Source: a virus
Length of the DNA: 64,000 nucleotides
Strand: one strand, 5' to 3'
Virus record (IMG/VR): IMGVR_UViG_3300031963_000009
How positions within the stretch are numbered: position 1 is the stretch's first letter; every line of letters begins with the position of its first letter. The notes under the pieces were generated by a model. It ran no database searches, was not told the DNA's origin, and saw only the letters and a list, made by a program, of their open reading frames with translations. Position numbers and translations under genes: made by a program. Shown one piece after another: positions 53,901 to 62,700 of the stretch.

Positions 53901-55078
53901 CTCCAAGTGGACTTGTTGCAGTAGGTGACAATGGCGTAATATTATCTTCCGCTAATAATGTAATTTGGGATTCAAATAGTAGTCCAACATCCTTTAATTT
54001 AAATAAAGTCATTTATGTAAATGGTAATTATGTAGTCGTAGGAGACTTTGGAGTAGTATTAAAGGGTATGAATCCTAGTTCTCTGCAATTAATGCCTGTT
54101 AATATTTCTGAAAATCTAGTAGATGTTTATTATAATGATTTTTACGTTGCTATCACTTCTAATGGCGACTTGTATTACTCTTTTGATCTATCTACATGGA
54201 TTTATAGAGATACCAATCAACCTAATAATTTAAAGGACATTTTACAGGTTCCAACATTAGGTTTAGAGGGAAGATATATTTCTGTAGGATCTGCAGGAAC
54301 CGCAATTTATAGTGATCCTATTTTCAATAGAGCCACTGCTATTGGTTATGTTTCTTCAGGAATATTAACTTCCGTCGAAGTTACAAATGGTGGATTTGGT
54401 TATCAACAAGATAATGAGCCTCCAGTTTTAGTTGAACCAGACATTGTTAAGATAGAAACTATTAAATCATTTAAAGTTATCGGTGATTTCGGAACTATTA
54501 TCGGAATTAATACTTTTGTTGCAGGTACTCCAGGAATAGGAACAACTTCTCCAAAAATAGAATTTATACTGAAGTCTGAGACTTATGATAATAGTACATT
54601 AGGTATTGGGTATTCATCTCTTAATAATTTTGGAGTCGATTCCAGTCAACTTTCTAAGGGAGATTATTTCATTATTACTGATAGTAATGTAACTGTTGGA
54701 CATGCATTAACGGGCATTACTACAAGTTTGGGTGGTATGTCTAACTATCCAAACTCCAGAGTTGGTACTGCATATACCTACTTGGATGGAGTTTACAGGG
54801 TAGAGTCCGTAACTACCGCTAGTGTTGGAATTGTAACTGTAAGTTGCAATTTTGCTCCATTAGAATCTCCTGCAGGAAATTACATAGAAGTTTATAAGAG
54901 AGGTGAAGATGTAAGTGGTGTTAATACAAATGGATTCTACGGAAGATATAGTTGGAGTAAAATATATGATTATCAAAATAGGGCATTAGGAACTCCAGAA
55001 GCTTTTGATATTAATACAAATAATGGTTTGACCGGACTTTCCACAGCACCACAAGTTACTAGAACGATATCAGTCTAA
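41960..55078 (+). CDS. Giant (4372 aa) virion structural protein at the gp7 position
   Basis: Lies between gp6 and gp8; N-terminal ESQIPEF..E..PLF..FL..YY and IKDFYRSKGT..S..ILFKILYG; many GxGY repeats, a YHYH-like segment and a beta-propeller-like segment. Confidence 0.85.
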   Translation: MTDIKRVRINDIVESQIPEFLNEESPLFKVFLKSYYNSLDHKSGAIDLVDNIKFYKSVEAFNNNDLVQSTTLNGYIYASDSTINVDSTDSWPEKYGLLKIDDEIITYTEKTATSFIGCIRGFSGIDQIKSTQNSEFLQFQKTEAEEHEDNSIVYNLSNLFLVEFFEKFKYEFVPGFESRSFSEGISSENILTRIKDFYRSKGTNSSYEILFKILYGKDIQIIKPQDYTLVPSSNSYFVTKNILVEKISGGDPTETKGNFLYQNLPGIGTVSASIYNVEYRPIGNKLFYEISLDSTSFSGVFQVSGKTKVLEYTPAGSNSILVDSTIGFSKSGKLLVKPKDSNYIEITYSDKSSNQFLGVSGVTKPLDFSLDIVEEKFAYSYIGVGNTSKVDFRVINVIDSIDFSETSNLKVGDKIRLSGFGKDMSSSYQFSSWIYNVPTNHNIKNVSQVDSDKYRIILYDEVSFYKEQTIKLEDILGNISDATILDVEYPAGDTIKKYTNRILVQVTGSTFNVLDSKILKTLIIKSSHFSNDYSYINIIPSGVQNTYIDFKEQNFYVTSTGLPNYTIEASDTKKTISVVGASSTSLIYCPRHNIQTGESVYYDPGTNSTSGLSTGFYFVTRVDLDNIKLSFSKNDIFSKKYITLNPLTGNLDFIYKSGYQNKIIKNQKIFKKFDLTGRKKIFDDKNKRSTNNKQIGLLSNGVEILSPTLFDENIYYGKLSSIEVTNSGKDYDVVNVPQIIIQDEQGSNAKAHLNLSGEVKSIKVINPGIGYQTKPKITITGGNGSGCVLESNLVKSRITVGFRPSISVDVGSNSITFINNHNLVDGEEIIYNSNGNANIIGLVDKSHYFVGVSSEKIIKLYNTFTDAVDKTNEINITGISSGSHSLETLKNKNTITRVYVKDPGKGYSNRAVRIPSQFTTGETVGINTFDSYIFATKHGFNDGELVTYNHTGTPISGLSTSINYYVKVLDANRFKLSVAGIGTTLSKEDFSNKKYVKFSSVGLGTHIIAYPPITINVETISEIGESSIVTPILQPVVLGSISDVYLEDGGIGYGCTDILNFHRRPLVTVQTVTSECVLKPIILGGSIIDVKIINSGNGYRADSDIVISGDGSFAEIDPIVTNGRVTGVNVLRGGVGYASSNTVLTVVNRGKDAKFLANVNEWKINQVIKLSGQISNEDDGVLFPSKNEDLGLQFINFYAPKKLRYQLDDNFTETNKESPNNKVHSPILGFSYDGYPIYGPYGYDPLVGGTIRLLKTSYELQPDLTPGIRPPGFIAGYFIDDYIFTGSGDLDQYNGRWCKTPQYPNGTYAYFSSITVDPTGKSSPTYPYIIGKYFRGTPIEDNFLQKINQDTDLSSYRITRNIGPYYINSNNSGYDLIDKISDTYKQEFRVKEVQDSGIESAVIFSPGDNYRINDRLLINNKNTSGTGANIVVDSLKGKEIESFMIEDVKIENVTFLFKNDVVVVQTTEPHELSNGEVITITGVSTITASELEGNWKVSVENKTVQLSENITVAASGVTTFIGVKDINGFNVNDVIGIGTEILRIVDISAPRSGFYVNRLANPGIHTAGIDNVRLLPTSFEFVPKSPVTQATFENSVTFFNPKETVGTGTDKTIRYIVGIGTSTVEARVIPSRSIYIPNHRFYTGEPLLYGPGLGGTSLYFNNVGSGVSIPLLDGQIVYAVNLGKDHIGLSTLGFTTTSGIGTNLNSVEFVNFDYSFSIIGSAHSLTTLYPEIKGSISKHNGIVTTTSSHGLSNNDIVNLSINNRELDEVKILYNPEIRKLTTAKIPFANTDVSIADNTIGIGSAILKTGDKVVYHTEGSTVGGLQNNSTYYILRLNLNRIQLCEYESDIKNSNVIDLTSTGHVSHGFYLINPPLNFVEGSIIKFDLSDPSLLEMDLQFYEDPDFQNTVEVIGNDIDNFVISRTLESPGTFGSYVTLDSSNKQYPKLLYYNLIAKNPLDLRKKEITSDREVKGNNKLTVTKHSLDKSYIVSVPNDTTFTFNLSQKLTKLEEQAYISSNENVTYTTKSKTALGPINSLKINFPGRGYKKLPFVEGIDTQFGENAIIKLKSSKIGRVEDYERIKDGFDYPTDPTLTPSLSVPTVIGIRDILTIDSVGILTGGRGYNTAPTLFVKDNPSIKLKADITGGSVTKVTIVNNSTSLSSPLQISSIYNSNGYDIDNVSVSGNDVTLELLDTNFINVGFGNTQIDFPFAVGDEIFIEGCRLTNSTSSKANFNSKSYGYRFFKITSTSVENKTITYSMSGISTGDFGTYDDTITLGYVVNKKSMPSFEMILNDNVNYLSGERVTSRVFSGNVMEGGWDNELNQLRINDSAGSLIVGDRIFGENSKINGVVEYFDTFNLNSTLGVSRDKVGVIDNAVGILNDFQQRISDNFYYQKFSYAIKSEIPYDSWRESVRSLVHPSGFKEFSDLEIVTEATQPEVQIGISKSTDLRPTVLESASSFLVNVDNKISIGERSNFNLVYEEDFLDDGSVEKVFFNEGIALRNYILNKTNKVVTIDDISSQFDGSSIQTLDGTYADASDLLDGNKAFIQQEVVGFITATYPGIVTSVGWSKTSFTEEIGNVVDAISHDIKYNSNNKSVGQGLDYWSGIGTSYISGITTERLSAYNYITDISKYIINNVGVKTSYQLGTPFAITTSSYNNVTGIQTIRLTPANIVNLNASVGDYVVVKNLVFSCNSGGGISTAIFPNLGAGLDGNGPLSPKGFVYEIIGIGLSTIEINPGISTIDHTYVGGGTVEKAFISTSQYYNFSILADSDCSVSYSSSCCANVQSSIVNYVGIITTIIGLGTASSPEITYPSITRGGVIVGLTTFKLTSNGNPLFKREFSGSDSNVIKIDTDTFIFNNHNFQSGQELIYTYSGTPIGIATTSYTTEIKDILMQVGNYNGTSIYENGYGAAITTSITGISTVLVPAGPTTQLFNDVVGTSTSGGINAVFDVVVSYSATTGQPLSTSISLVSGGKGFAVGQTVSIAGTYFKGSNPTNNLSFVVSSTGPTVIQAAANQTYSNVPSLDVNGATFSVSRNNDGEISSIQVTNGGSGYASTSVISIAGTYIGGSNSNDNVSFTPIVLGSNKLPKSVFVTKLDDSKFKLSGLSTATILNIVGFGTGIHSFEYKEPNTSSIITIDGVIQTPIRSKSLSITLGSPVSSASTTLIQVLTGISSLYTGDIINMNSEYVVVKNIGVAGTDIIKVERGYLGTSAGVHTVGVACTVLTGDYNIVGDVIYFTTAPYGKIGPVGLKTGSIFGGRVFSRQFDPGEPEDKNIILDDISLSFTGIAATEFTAKTKGSTTTALFNNTNSSTNINNNPIILINNVFQRPRTDYDIDGTSENVIKFLTGTPSAGKIVKVGVTTGYGYYPLLGASAVANVSAAGTISSLTLTGSGSGYRLPPTVGIYSTVGSGASITASVSAAGTITGFTIVNAGSGYTTTSIPEVVIGIPTAYSNLGVAYTGGSSGVGQGAKISVTVGQGSSIIDYKIDNPGIGYKVGDILKVPNLLINSGLSTVFQEFRLTVREVQTDKFSGFYPGQFILFDDFSDRFNGFRKKFTLSVTNNNVREILSLKTLAGTDLNLENNLFIYINDILQIPGVSYTFSGSRVLFTEAPKQNSTCTVLYYRGSSIDVEEVTPPPTLKEGDTIIIKENEFDLFDTDQLERIVKKISASDQIDTFTYNSVGIITDPNKNRPLTWIKQEYDRIISGQLYSKSRLSLKSSIRPVAKLIKSVTETDSVIYVDNAFPIFSDVDLLSEDKRNVVISEVKNISAAICTSIVSSSSTISSISVVDGGVGYAYTQNPVISISKSLISRKDPIKDWKPSTGITTGYELNSLIYGNTLVAVGSSSLYATSIDAESWSTGSIGFGGTINFTSVSCGGTNVYMAVGEYGIVSKSLGYGSTVGPWTLINLLEESVVPGLGLITRFPTTYTGTLNDIVYSPNLDSWTAVGAAGSIFGGVGIGSTMLISRFSGTLQNINSITYSPSGLVAVGDNGVILSSANNVIWDSNSSPTSFNLNKVIYVNGNYVVVGDFGVVLKGMNPSSLQLMPVNISENLVDVYYNDFYVAITSNGDLYYSFDLSTWIYRDTNQPNNLKDILQVPTLGLEGRYISVGSAGTAIYSDPIFNRATAIGYVSSGILTSVEVTNGGFGYQQDNEPPVLVEPDIVKIETIKSFKVIGDFGTIIGINTFVAGTPGIGTTSPKIEFILKSETYDNSTLGIGYSSLNNFGVDSSQLSKGDYFIITDSNVTVGHALTGITTSLGGMSNYPNSRVGTAYTYLDGVYRVESVTTASVGIVTVSCNFAPLESPAGNYIEVYKRGEDVSGVNTNGFYGRYSWSKIYDYQNRALGTPEAFDINTNNGLTGLSTAPQVTRTISV

Positions 55079-55084
55079 TTTACA

Positions 55085-55092
55085 AATAAATA
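55085..55092 (+). promoter_or_regulatory. Late promoter upstream of gp8
   Basis: AATAAATA within AAATAAATAAATAAA. Confidence 0.6.
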
Positions 55093-55113
55093 AATAAAAA
55101 CCAGTTATTTAAA

Positions 55114-56709
55114 ATGCCTGCTATTATATCAGATCAATTTAGAATATTGAATGCTGAAAATTTTGTAAAGAATCTTACTGGTGCAGCTAGTACTACTGAT
55201 AAGTATTATACATTTATCGGTATGCCTAATGCACTCAATCCTCTTGCAGGAGGTAGTCCAACTTGGAATACCAATGTTCCATCTCCTTTGGATGGATTTA
55301 AAGAAGAGGCTCAAATAAAAGAATCTATTATAGCAATGAAACAAATTACATCTCAGGATGTAAGAAGATTGGTTAGAAAAATAGAATGGGTTGCAGGAAA
55401 TAGTTATGAAATGTATAGACATGATTATAATGTTTATAATTTAACTCCTGTAACTAATTCATCTTCTCTTTACCAATCAAATTATTATGTCGTAAATGAA
55501 GATCTGAGAGTTTATATCTGTTTACAGAATGGAACTGATCCTGAGAACCCTAAAGGAAGACCTTCTTACGATCAACCATCCTTTATTGACTTAGAACCAA
55601 GAGCTGCAGGAACTTCTGGAGATGGATATATTTGGAAATATCTTTATACAATTAAACCATCCGAAATAGTTAAATTTGATTCTGTTGAATATATTCCAGT
55701 TCCAGAAGAATGGGGTCAGTCTGGAGAAAGCATAGCGACAAAAAATAATGCTATTGACGGAAAAATTGAAGTAATATTAATCAATAATAGAGGTTCTAAT
55801 TATCAACCAATTTCCACATCTTTCTCTAATGTCCCTATTTTAGGAGATGGTAGTGGAGGAAAAGCTACGATAACTATAGACTCTTTTGGTAAAGTTTCTG
55901 AAGTTTTTGTTACTGATGGTGGAAAAGATTATACTTATGGTACTATTCAATTTTATCCAGGAGCTCCTGGTTCTCAAGTTGGAGGACCAATTAATAATTT
56001 AAGTAATACCGGTATAGGTACGACATCTGTAGCTTCATTTAATGTTATTATTCCACCAAAAGGTGGTCATGGATATGATGTTTATCGTGAACTTGGTGCT
56101 TATCGAGTTTTATTGTATTCTAGATTTGAAACTTTAGAAACAAATCCAGACGTAATTCTTGGTAATGATTTTGCTAGAGTTGGAATATTAAAAAATCCAA
56201 CTATTCCAAATAGTAATGTGGAAGTTCTTAATACTTCAATGGTTAGTGGTTTACAATCATTAAAATTATCTGGAGTTACTACAAATACGACCTATGCTGT
56301 CGATTCTATAATTAAACAAACAGTAGGTCTTGGATCTACTGCTATTGGTTTTGTTGCTTCTTGGGACAATGTAACTGGTGTTTTAAAATATTATCAACCA
56401 ACTGGATTGGCATCCAGTGAAACTGGATTTAAGATTTTGAAATTTACTTCAAATCCTGACGCTGGATATGGTACAACAATTAATTGTTCTTCTATTGTAG
56501 GTCCTGCTTTATCTATAGATACAAATTTCAACGGTATTACTACTACAATAAATAATAAAATATACCAATTAGGGATAGATTTTGTTTCTGGTATAGGTTC
56601 TGCCGAATTCAATAAAAAGTCTGGTGAAGTTATCTACATAGATAATAGGCAACCAATTCCTAGATCTGCTAGCCAAAAAGAAGATATCAAAGTTGTACTG
56701 GAGTTCTAA
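55114..56709 (+). CDS. gp8: Baseplate wedge subunit gp8
   Basis: MPAIISDQFRILNAENFV, W..G..YEMYRHDY, YYVVNEDLRVYICLQNG, DGYIWKYLYTI, GEVIYIDNR..I.RS..QKEDIK. Confidence 0.92.
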   Translation: MPAIISDQFRILNAENFVKNLTGAASTTDKYYTFIGMPNALNPLAGGSPTWNTNVPSPLDGFKEEAQIKESIIAMKQITSQDVRRLVRKIEWVAGNSYEMYRHDYNVYNLTPVTNSSSLYQSNYYVVNEDLRVYICLQNGTDPENPKGRPSYDQPSFIDLEPRAAGTSGDGYIWKYLYTIKPSEIVKFDSVEYIPVPEEWGQSGESIATKNNAIDGKIEVILINNRGSNYQPISTSFSNVPILGDGSGGKATITIDSFGKVSEVFVTDGGKDYTYGTIQFYPGAPGSQVGGPINNLSNTGIGTTSVASFNVIIPPKGGHGYDVYRELGAYRVLLYSRFETLETNPDVILGNDFARVGILKNPTIPNSNVEVLNTSMVSGLQSLKLSGVTTNTTYAVDSIIKQTVGLGSTAIGFVASWDNVTGVLKYYQPTGLASSETGFKILKFTSNPDAGYGTTINCSSIVGPALSIDTNFNGITTTINNKIYQLGIDFVSGIGSAEFNKKSGEVIYIDNRQPIPRSASQKEDIKVVLEF

Positions 56710-56715
56710 GTTAAC

Positions 56716-59700
56716 ATGGCACAAAATACCAACCTAAATGCATCTCCATATTTTGATGATTTTGATGCTACTAAAAATTATCAAAGGGTACTGTTTAAAC
56801 CAGGAACTCCAATACAGGCTAGAGAACTAACAACTCTACAATCTATTCTACAGAGCCAAATAGAAAAGTTTGGTAAGCACTTTTTTAAAGAAGGATCTGT
56901 AGTTATTCCTGGACAAATTGCTTACGACCCCGATTATTTTTACGTTCAAATTGACCCCAGCCACTTAGGTATACCAGTATCTCTTTATATTTCCGAATTA
57001 GTAGGAAAATATATAAAAGGCGAGACTAGTGGAGTTAGAGCTTTAGTACAAGGATATATTACTGATCAAGAGTCTACTAACGGTAACTATACTCTTTATG
57101 TAAAATATCAAAGTAGTAGTGAAATAGATTTTTCGACCAACTCCTTTGTTAATGGTGAAAATTTAATCTTATTGCAAGATCTAGAATACTCTCTTTCTAC
57201 AATTAGATCGGATTCCACTTTTGCTACAACTATCGTAACAGATGCTGTTGGATCTGCTTCTGCTGCTAAAATTGAAAATGGTGTTTATTTTATAAGAGGA
57301 TTTTTTGTAGATGTTAGTGCTCAATCAATAATTTTAGATCAATATTCTAGTTTTCCATCATATAGAGTTGGATTATTAATAAATGAGTCTATTGTTGTAG
57401 CTTCTCAACAAAATCCTGATCTATTTGATAATGCTAGGGGATTCTCTAATTTTGCGGCTCCTGGAGCTGATAGATTTAAGATAACAGCAACTCTAATTAA
57501 AAAATCTTTGAATGATTTAAATGATGAAGATTTTATTGAGTTAATGCGACTTGAAGATGGAATCATTCAAAAGTTCGTTAAAGAAACTAACTCAACATTG
57601 ATTAGGGATGAATTAGCTAGAAGAACTTATGATGAATCTGGGGATTATTATATAAATCCGTTTACAGTAAACATAAAAGAATCCCTAAACGACAATATGG
57701 GGAATGGTGGAGTATTCGGTGAAGGTCAAATTACGAAATCGGGGAATCTTCCATCTGAAGATTTGATGTCTATTCAAATATCCCCAGGTAAAGCTTATGT
57801 AAGGGGATATGAAATAGAAACCATCAATACAATTTCGGTTGATTTAGAAAAAACTAGAACAACTGAAAAAGTACAAAACTCTTCAGTACCCTTTACTTTA
57901 GGTAGACAATTAGAACTTAACAATGTTCATGGGTCTGTGCCAATAGGATTTGATTCTACTTCTACTGTCAAATTTTATTCAAATAGAACAGTTTCGGGTG
58001 GAAGTGCATCTGGACTAGAAATTGGTGTTGGTAGAGTATATGATTTTAAATTAAAAAGTTCAGAATATGTCAATAATTCAACTGTATATGAAACTTCACT
58101 ATATGATATTCAGACATATGTTTATTTAAATTTAAATGCAACTATCACACTTCAAGCACCTGCATTTATTGAAGGCAAAAACAGCAATGCATCTGGATAC
58201 TTAGTACAAAATGCCACAGAAACGAATCAGTTAATACTTTATCAAGTTTCTGGTACATTTGCTCAAAATGAAGAAATAAAAATTAATGGTATAGATGCAT
58301 CTAGAACTATTAAATCCGTAAGAGATTATAGTATTTCCGATATCAAACAAGTAGTTGGTAACGGTGTTACTTTTAGTGCAGATACTGTTCTTTCCAGGGG
58401 AATAGATCTTTCTCCACAAGGTTCTACTTTTACAATTACCGGCAGTTCTGGAGGAGTTAGTACAGTAACTACATCAAGTTCAACATTTTATGTTGGTGTT
58501 AGTACTGGTGATATAATCTCATACAGTTCTTCAGGAAACACTGTACCTACTTATAATAGAGTAAAAGAAGTTGTAGCAACTTCAAATTCTATTATTATTG
58601 AGCCTACCACCGATGTTGTGGGAGTTTCTTCTGGATCTTTACCAGGAAGTACAATAAACACCACTAATCTGATAAAAGTTACTCCTCAGATTTTAAATAC
58701 AAATCAGGCATACTTATATACAGAATTGGAGTATGACAACGTTGCTGAAACTGATCTTACTGGATCTTCTATTGTAATTAGAAAGTCATATTCAGTCACA
58801 GTTTCTTCTGGTGGACTAAATCAAGTATTAGAAACTGATACTTCTTTAACTTTAGAACCATACGATGAAGAATATTACAACCTTTCTTTTGCGAATGGGG
58901 ATGTTGAACAACTTAACAATCAAAAACTAACTGTATCGGGAAGAACTGTAAGTCTGCAAAATATAAGTCAAGACGGACCTGCAAGATTGACCGTCACATT
59001 TTTAAAAGAAGATTTAAAACCAAAAAATAAAGTTTATAATAGATGTAGTGAACTTATAGTAAGTGGATCATCAAACACTTCTTCTGGTGTAGCCGGAACA
59101 TCACTAGCTGATGGTTTGACATATAATTCCTTATATGGAACTAGAGTTCAAGATAAAAATATATGTTTAAATGTACCTGATGTAGAAGAGCTACTGGCTG
59201 TTTATGAATCTTCGGATTCTAATGATCCAGATCTGCCAAGACTTGTTCTAACAAATTTAAATGCAAATATACTTAATTCAATAAAAGGTGAATTAGTTTT
59301 TGGACAAGCAAGTAGAGCAGCAGCTAGATTAGTATCCAATAATAGTACAAATGAGGTTGAGGTTGTCTTTTTAAATGAAAAAACTTTTGTAACCGGAGAA
59401 AGAGTTACATTTAAAGAATCTCAAATAACAGCTATTGTCTCTTCCTTTGTTCAAGGTGATAGAGATATAACTTCTAGTTTTGTTTTAAATCCAAATCAAA
59501 AGCCGGAGTATTCTGATTATTCGTATGTAACAAGAAGATCTGATGATTCTCCTCCAACTAAAAAGTTAAAAATAATTTTCAATAATTATACCATTGATTC
59601 TAATGATAATGGTCACTTCGTTACTGTAGATTCATACGCTAAGGATAGATATACTTCAGATTTACCAATTATTTCAAATATTGCCGCTAGTGATATTATT

Positions 59701-62700
59701 GATGTAAGACCAAGAGTAGTTCCATTTAACGTTTCTACTGCAACTAAATCTCCATTTGAATTTGGATCAAGAGTCTTCACCACCGGTTCAAATTCCAGTC
59801 CCTATAATTTTGCAAAAGGTAGATCGATAAATCTAGGTTATTCATATTATTTGGGAAGAATTGACAAATTGTATTTGAGTAAAGATGGAAAGTTCTTTGT
59901 AAATGCTGGAGTACCTTCATTAGAACCAAAAGAACCAAATCCTGTAGATAATTGTCTTGAAATATCAACTATAGTCATACCTCCATATGTCTATGATGTT
60001 TCAGATGTTAAAAATATTTTATCATCTCATAAGAGATATAGAATGAAAGATATTTCCAATTTGGAAGATAGATTGAAAAATGTAGAGTATTATACTTCAC
60101 TCTCTCTATTGGAAACGGATACCAAAAATTTAACTCTACGAGATGAACAAACTCAGTTAGATAGATTTAAATGTGGATTTTTTGTAGACAACTTTAAATC
60201 TATTTTTGGTGGTGGGTTAGGAAACCCTGCCTATAAATGTAGTATAGACACAGCGAATGGATATTTAAGACCACAACATTATACTACTTCATTAGATCTT
60301 CTTTTAGGTTCTGAAGCAGTAATTGGTGTAGGAAATACATCTAATCCTGACGCAGATCTTAGATTTGTAACTGATCTTGGATCCCCAAATACAAAAAAAG
60401 TAGGTGATGTAGTTTGTCTGAACTATACAGATGTTGTTTATTTTAGAAATAATTTTGCAACTAGATCTGAAAATGTAAATCCTTTTGCTGTTGTTAACTG
60501 GATTGGATCAATTGATTTGAGTCCAGCTTCCGATACTTGGGTAGAAACAAGAGTCACCGAAAAAGTTGAAGATCGTGACGGCAACTATCAATCAACTATT
60601 GATCAGTTAGGTATAGACAGTAATACTGGACTTTCTCCAGTCAATTGGGGTGCATGGGAAACAAACTGGACGGGTTCTCGTGAAGCCGGTAGACAAACAG
60701 TAGAAACCATAAAAACTGGTAGTACAGTTCTGTCTACAGATGTTTCTAAAATTCCAAAAAAGAAAAAAAATAACAATAAAAATAAAAACAATAAAGCTAA
60801 GAAAAAAGGTAAAGGTAAGTCACTAGTTACCACTACTATTGAAGAAGAATTTACAACGTTTGAGAATGTCTCTACAATAACAACTACTAATCAATCTAGA
60901 AGTGGTATACAGTATAAAGTTAATGAAAGATGGGACAGTGTTAATGTAGGAGACAGAGTAGTTTCTACTGACATAATTCATACGATGAGAAGTAGAAACA
61001 TTGAATTTGTTGCAAGAAGAATGAAACCAAATGGATTAGTATATCCATTTTTTGATAACGTTGACATGTCATCGTATATAATTCCAAAACTTCTTGAAGT
61101 TACCATGGCTTCTGGAACATTCTCTGTAGGAGAAACTGTAACTGGAGTTTCTGGATCTGTAAGTGTTAGATTTAGATTAGCAAGTCCTAATCACAAATAT
61201 GGTCCATATAACAGTCCAACACAAACTTATTCGCAAAACCCTTATAATACAACTGAAGTAGTACCAACTTCATATTCTACTACATCTACTATTTTGAATG
61301 TAGATACCGCTAGTTTAGAGTTACAGTCAAATTCTGCTTTCTATGGCAATATTATTGTTGGAATGACTCTTACTGGAGCTTCTAGTGGAGCTGTAGCTAA
61401 TATTACAAATATTAGACTTATTGCTGATAATACTGGCGCAATAATAGGATCTCTCTTTATTCCAGATCCAACATTACCATCAACTCCTAAGTTCGAAACT
61501 GGAACTAAAACCTTTACACTTACATCAAGTAAGACTAACGCCACAATAATTGGAACAACAGATAGCACTGCAGAAACAAACTTCTCTTCTTCTGGAACAT
61601 TAGCTAATGTAGAAAATCTTACAATAAGAACAAGAAATGCAGATGTAGAAAGACTTACTCAATCTGATGAAAGAGAAGAATCTGAAACTACTACTGAATT
61701 GCAAGCCGCAACTTCTACAGAAGTAGTGACTTCAGAAGAAGTAGTTAGAACCAGATCAATACAAACTCCTGCAAATCAAAAACCACAAAAGAAACAACCA
61801 AAAGCAAATCAAAAACCAGAAAAGAAACAAAAACAACAACAAGCTAAGTGTAAAGAGTTAAAAAATAGAGGAAAAAATCAAAAGAGATTTGTTGATCCTT
61901 TAGCACAATCTTTTGAAGTAGTAGAAACTAACGGTGTTTATATCACAAAAGTTGAAGTTTTCTTTAGATCTAAAGATACTACTGGACTCCCTGTTACGAT
62001 GCAAATTCGTACAATGCAAACTGGTTTACCAACACAAACCATAGTACCTTTTGGTGAAATTGTTTTAGATCCGGAACAGGTTAATGTTTCCGATGATGCA
62101 AGTGTACCAACAGCTTTTACTTTCCCATCCCCAGTTTATTTAGCTCCAGATAGTCAATATTCCGTTGTCTTACTATCAGCATCTAATTCCTACAATGTTT
62201 GGATTTCTAGAATGGGTGAAAAAGACATTTCAACCATTAATAGATCTGAGTCTGAACAGATTATTGTTTCTCAACAACCATTATTAGGATCCCTATTTAA
62301 GTCCCAAAACGGAGCAACGTGGGATCCAAGTCAATTGGAAGATTTAAAACTGGTTGTATATAGAGCGGAATTTTTCAATGGAACTTCTACAGTACGATTC
62401 TATAATCCAGATTTGAATATTGGTAATAATCAAATTGCATCATTACAAGTCAATCCAATTGAAACAATATCTAAGACTGTTTTAGTTGGTATTGGTAGAA
62501 GTCTAACCAATTCTGAAGTTACTACACTGACTCCTGGATTAACAATTTTACAGTATGGTAACTCCGGATTTAGTGGAAAACTACGGAATGTTATTGGAGC
62601 AATAGGAATTTCTAGTACGTTAACTTTAACTTCTCCTGGAACTGGTTTTACATCAAATTATACAGTATATTCAAATGTTAATTTACTACCTATTACTGGT

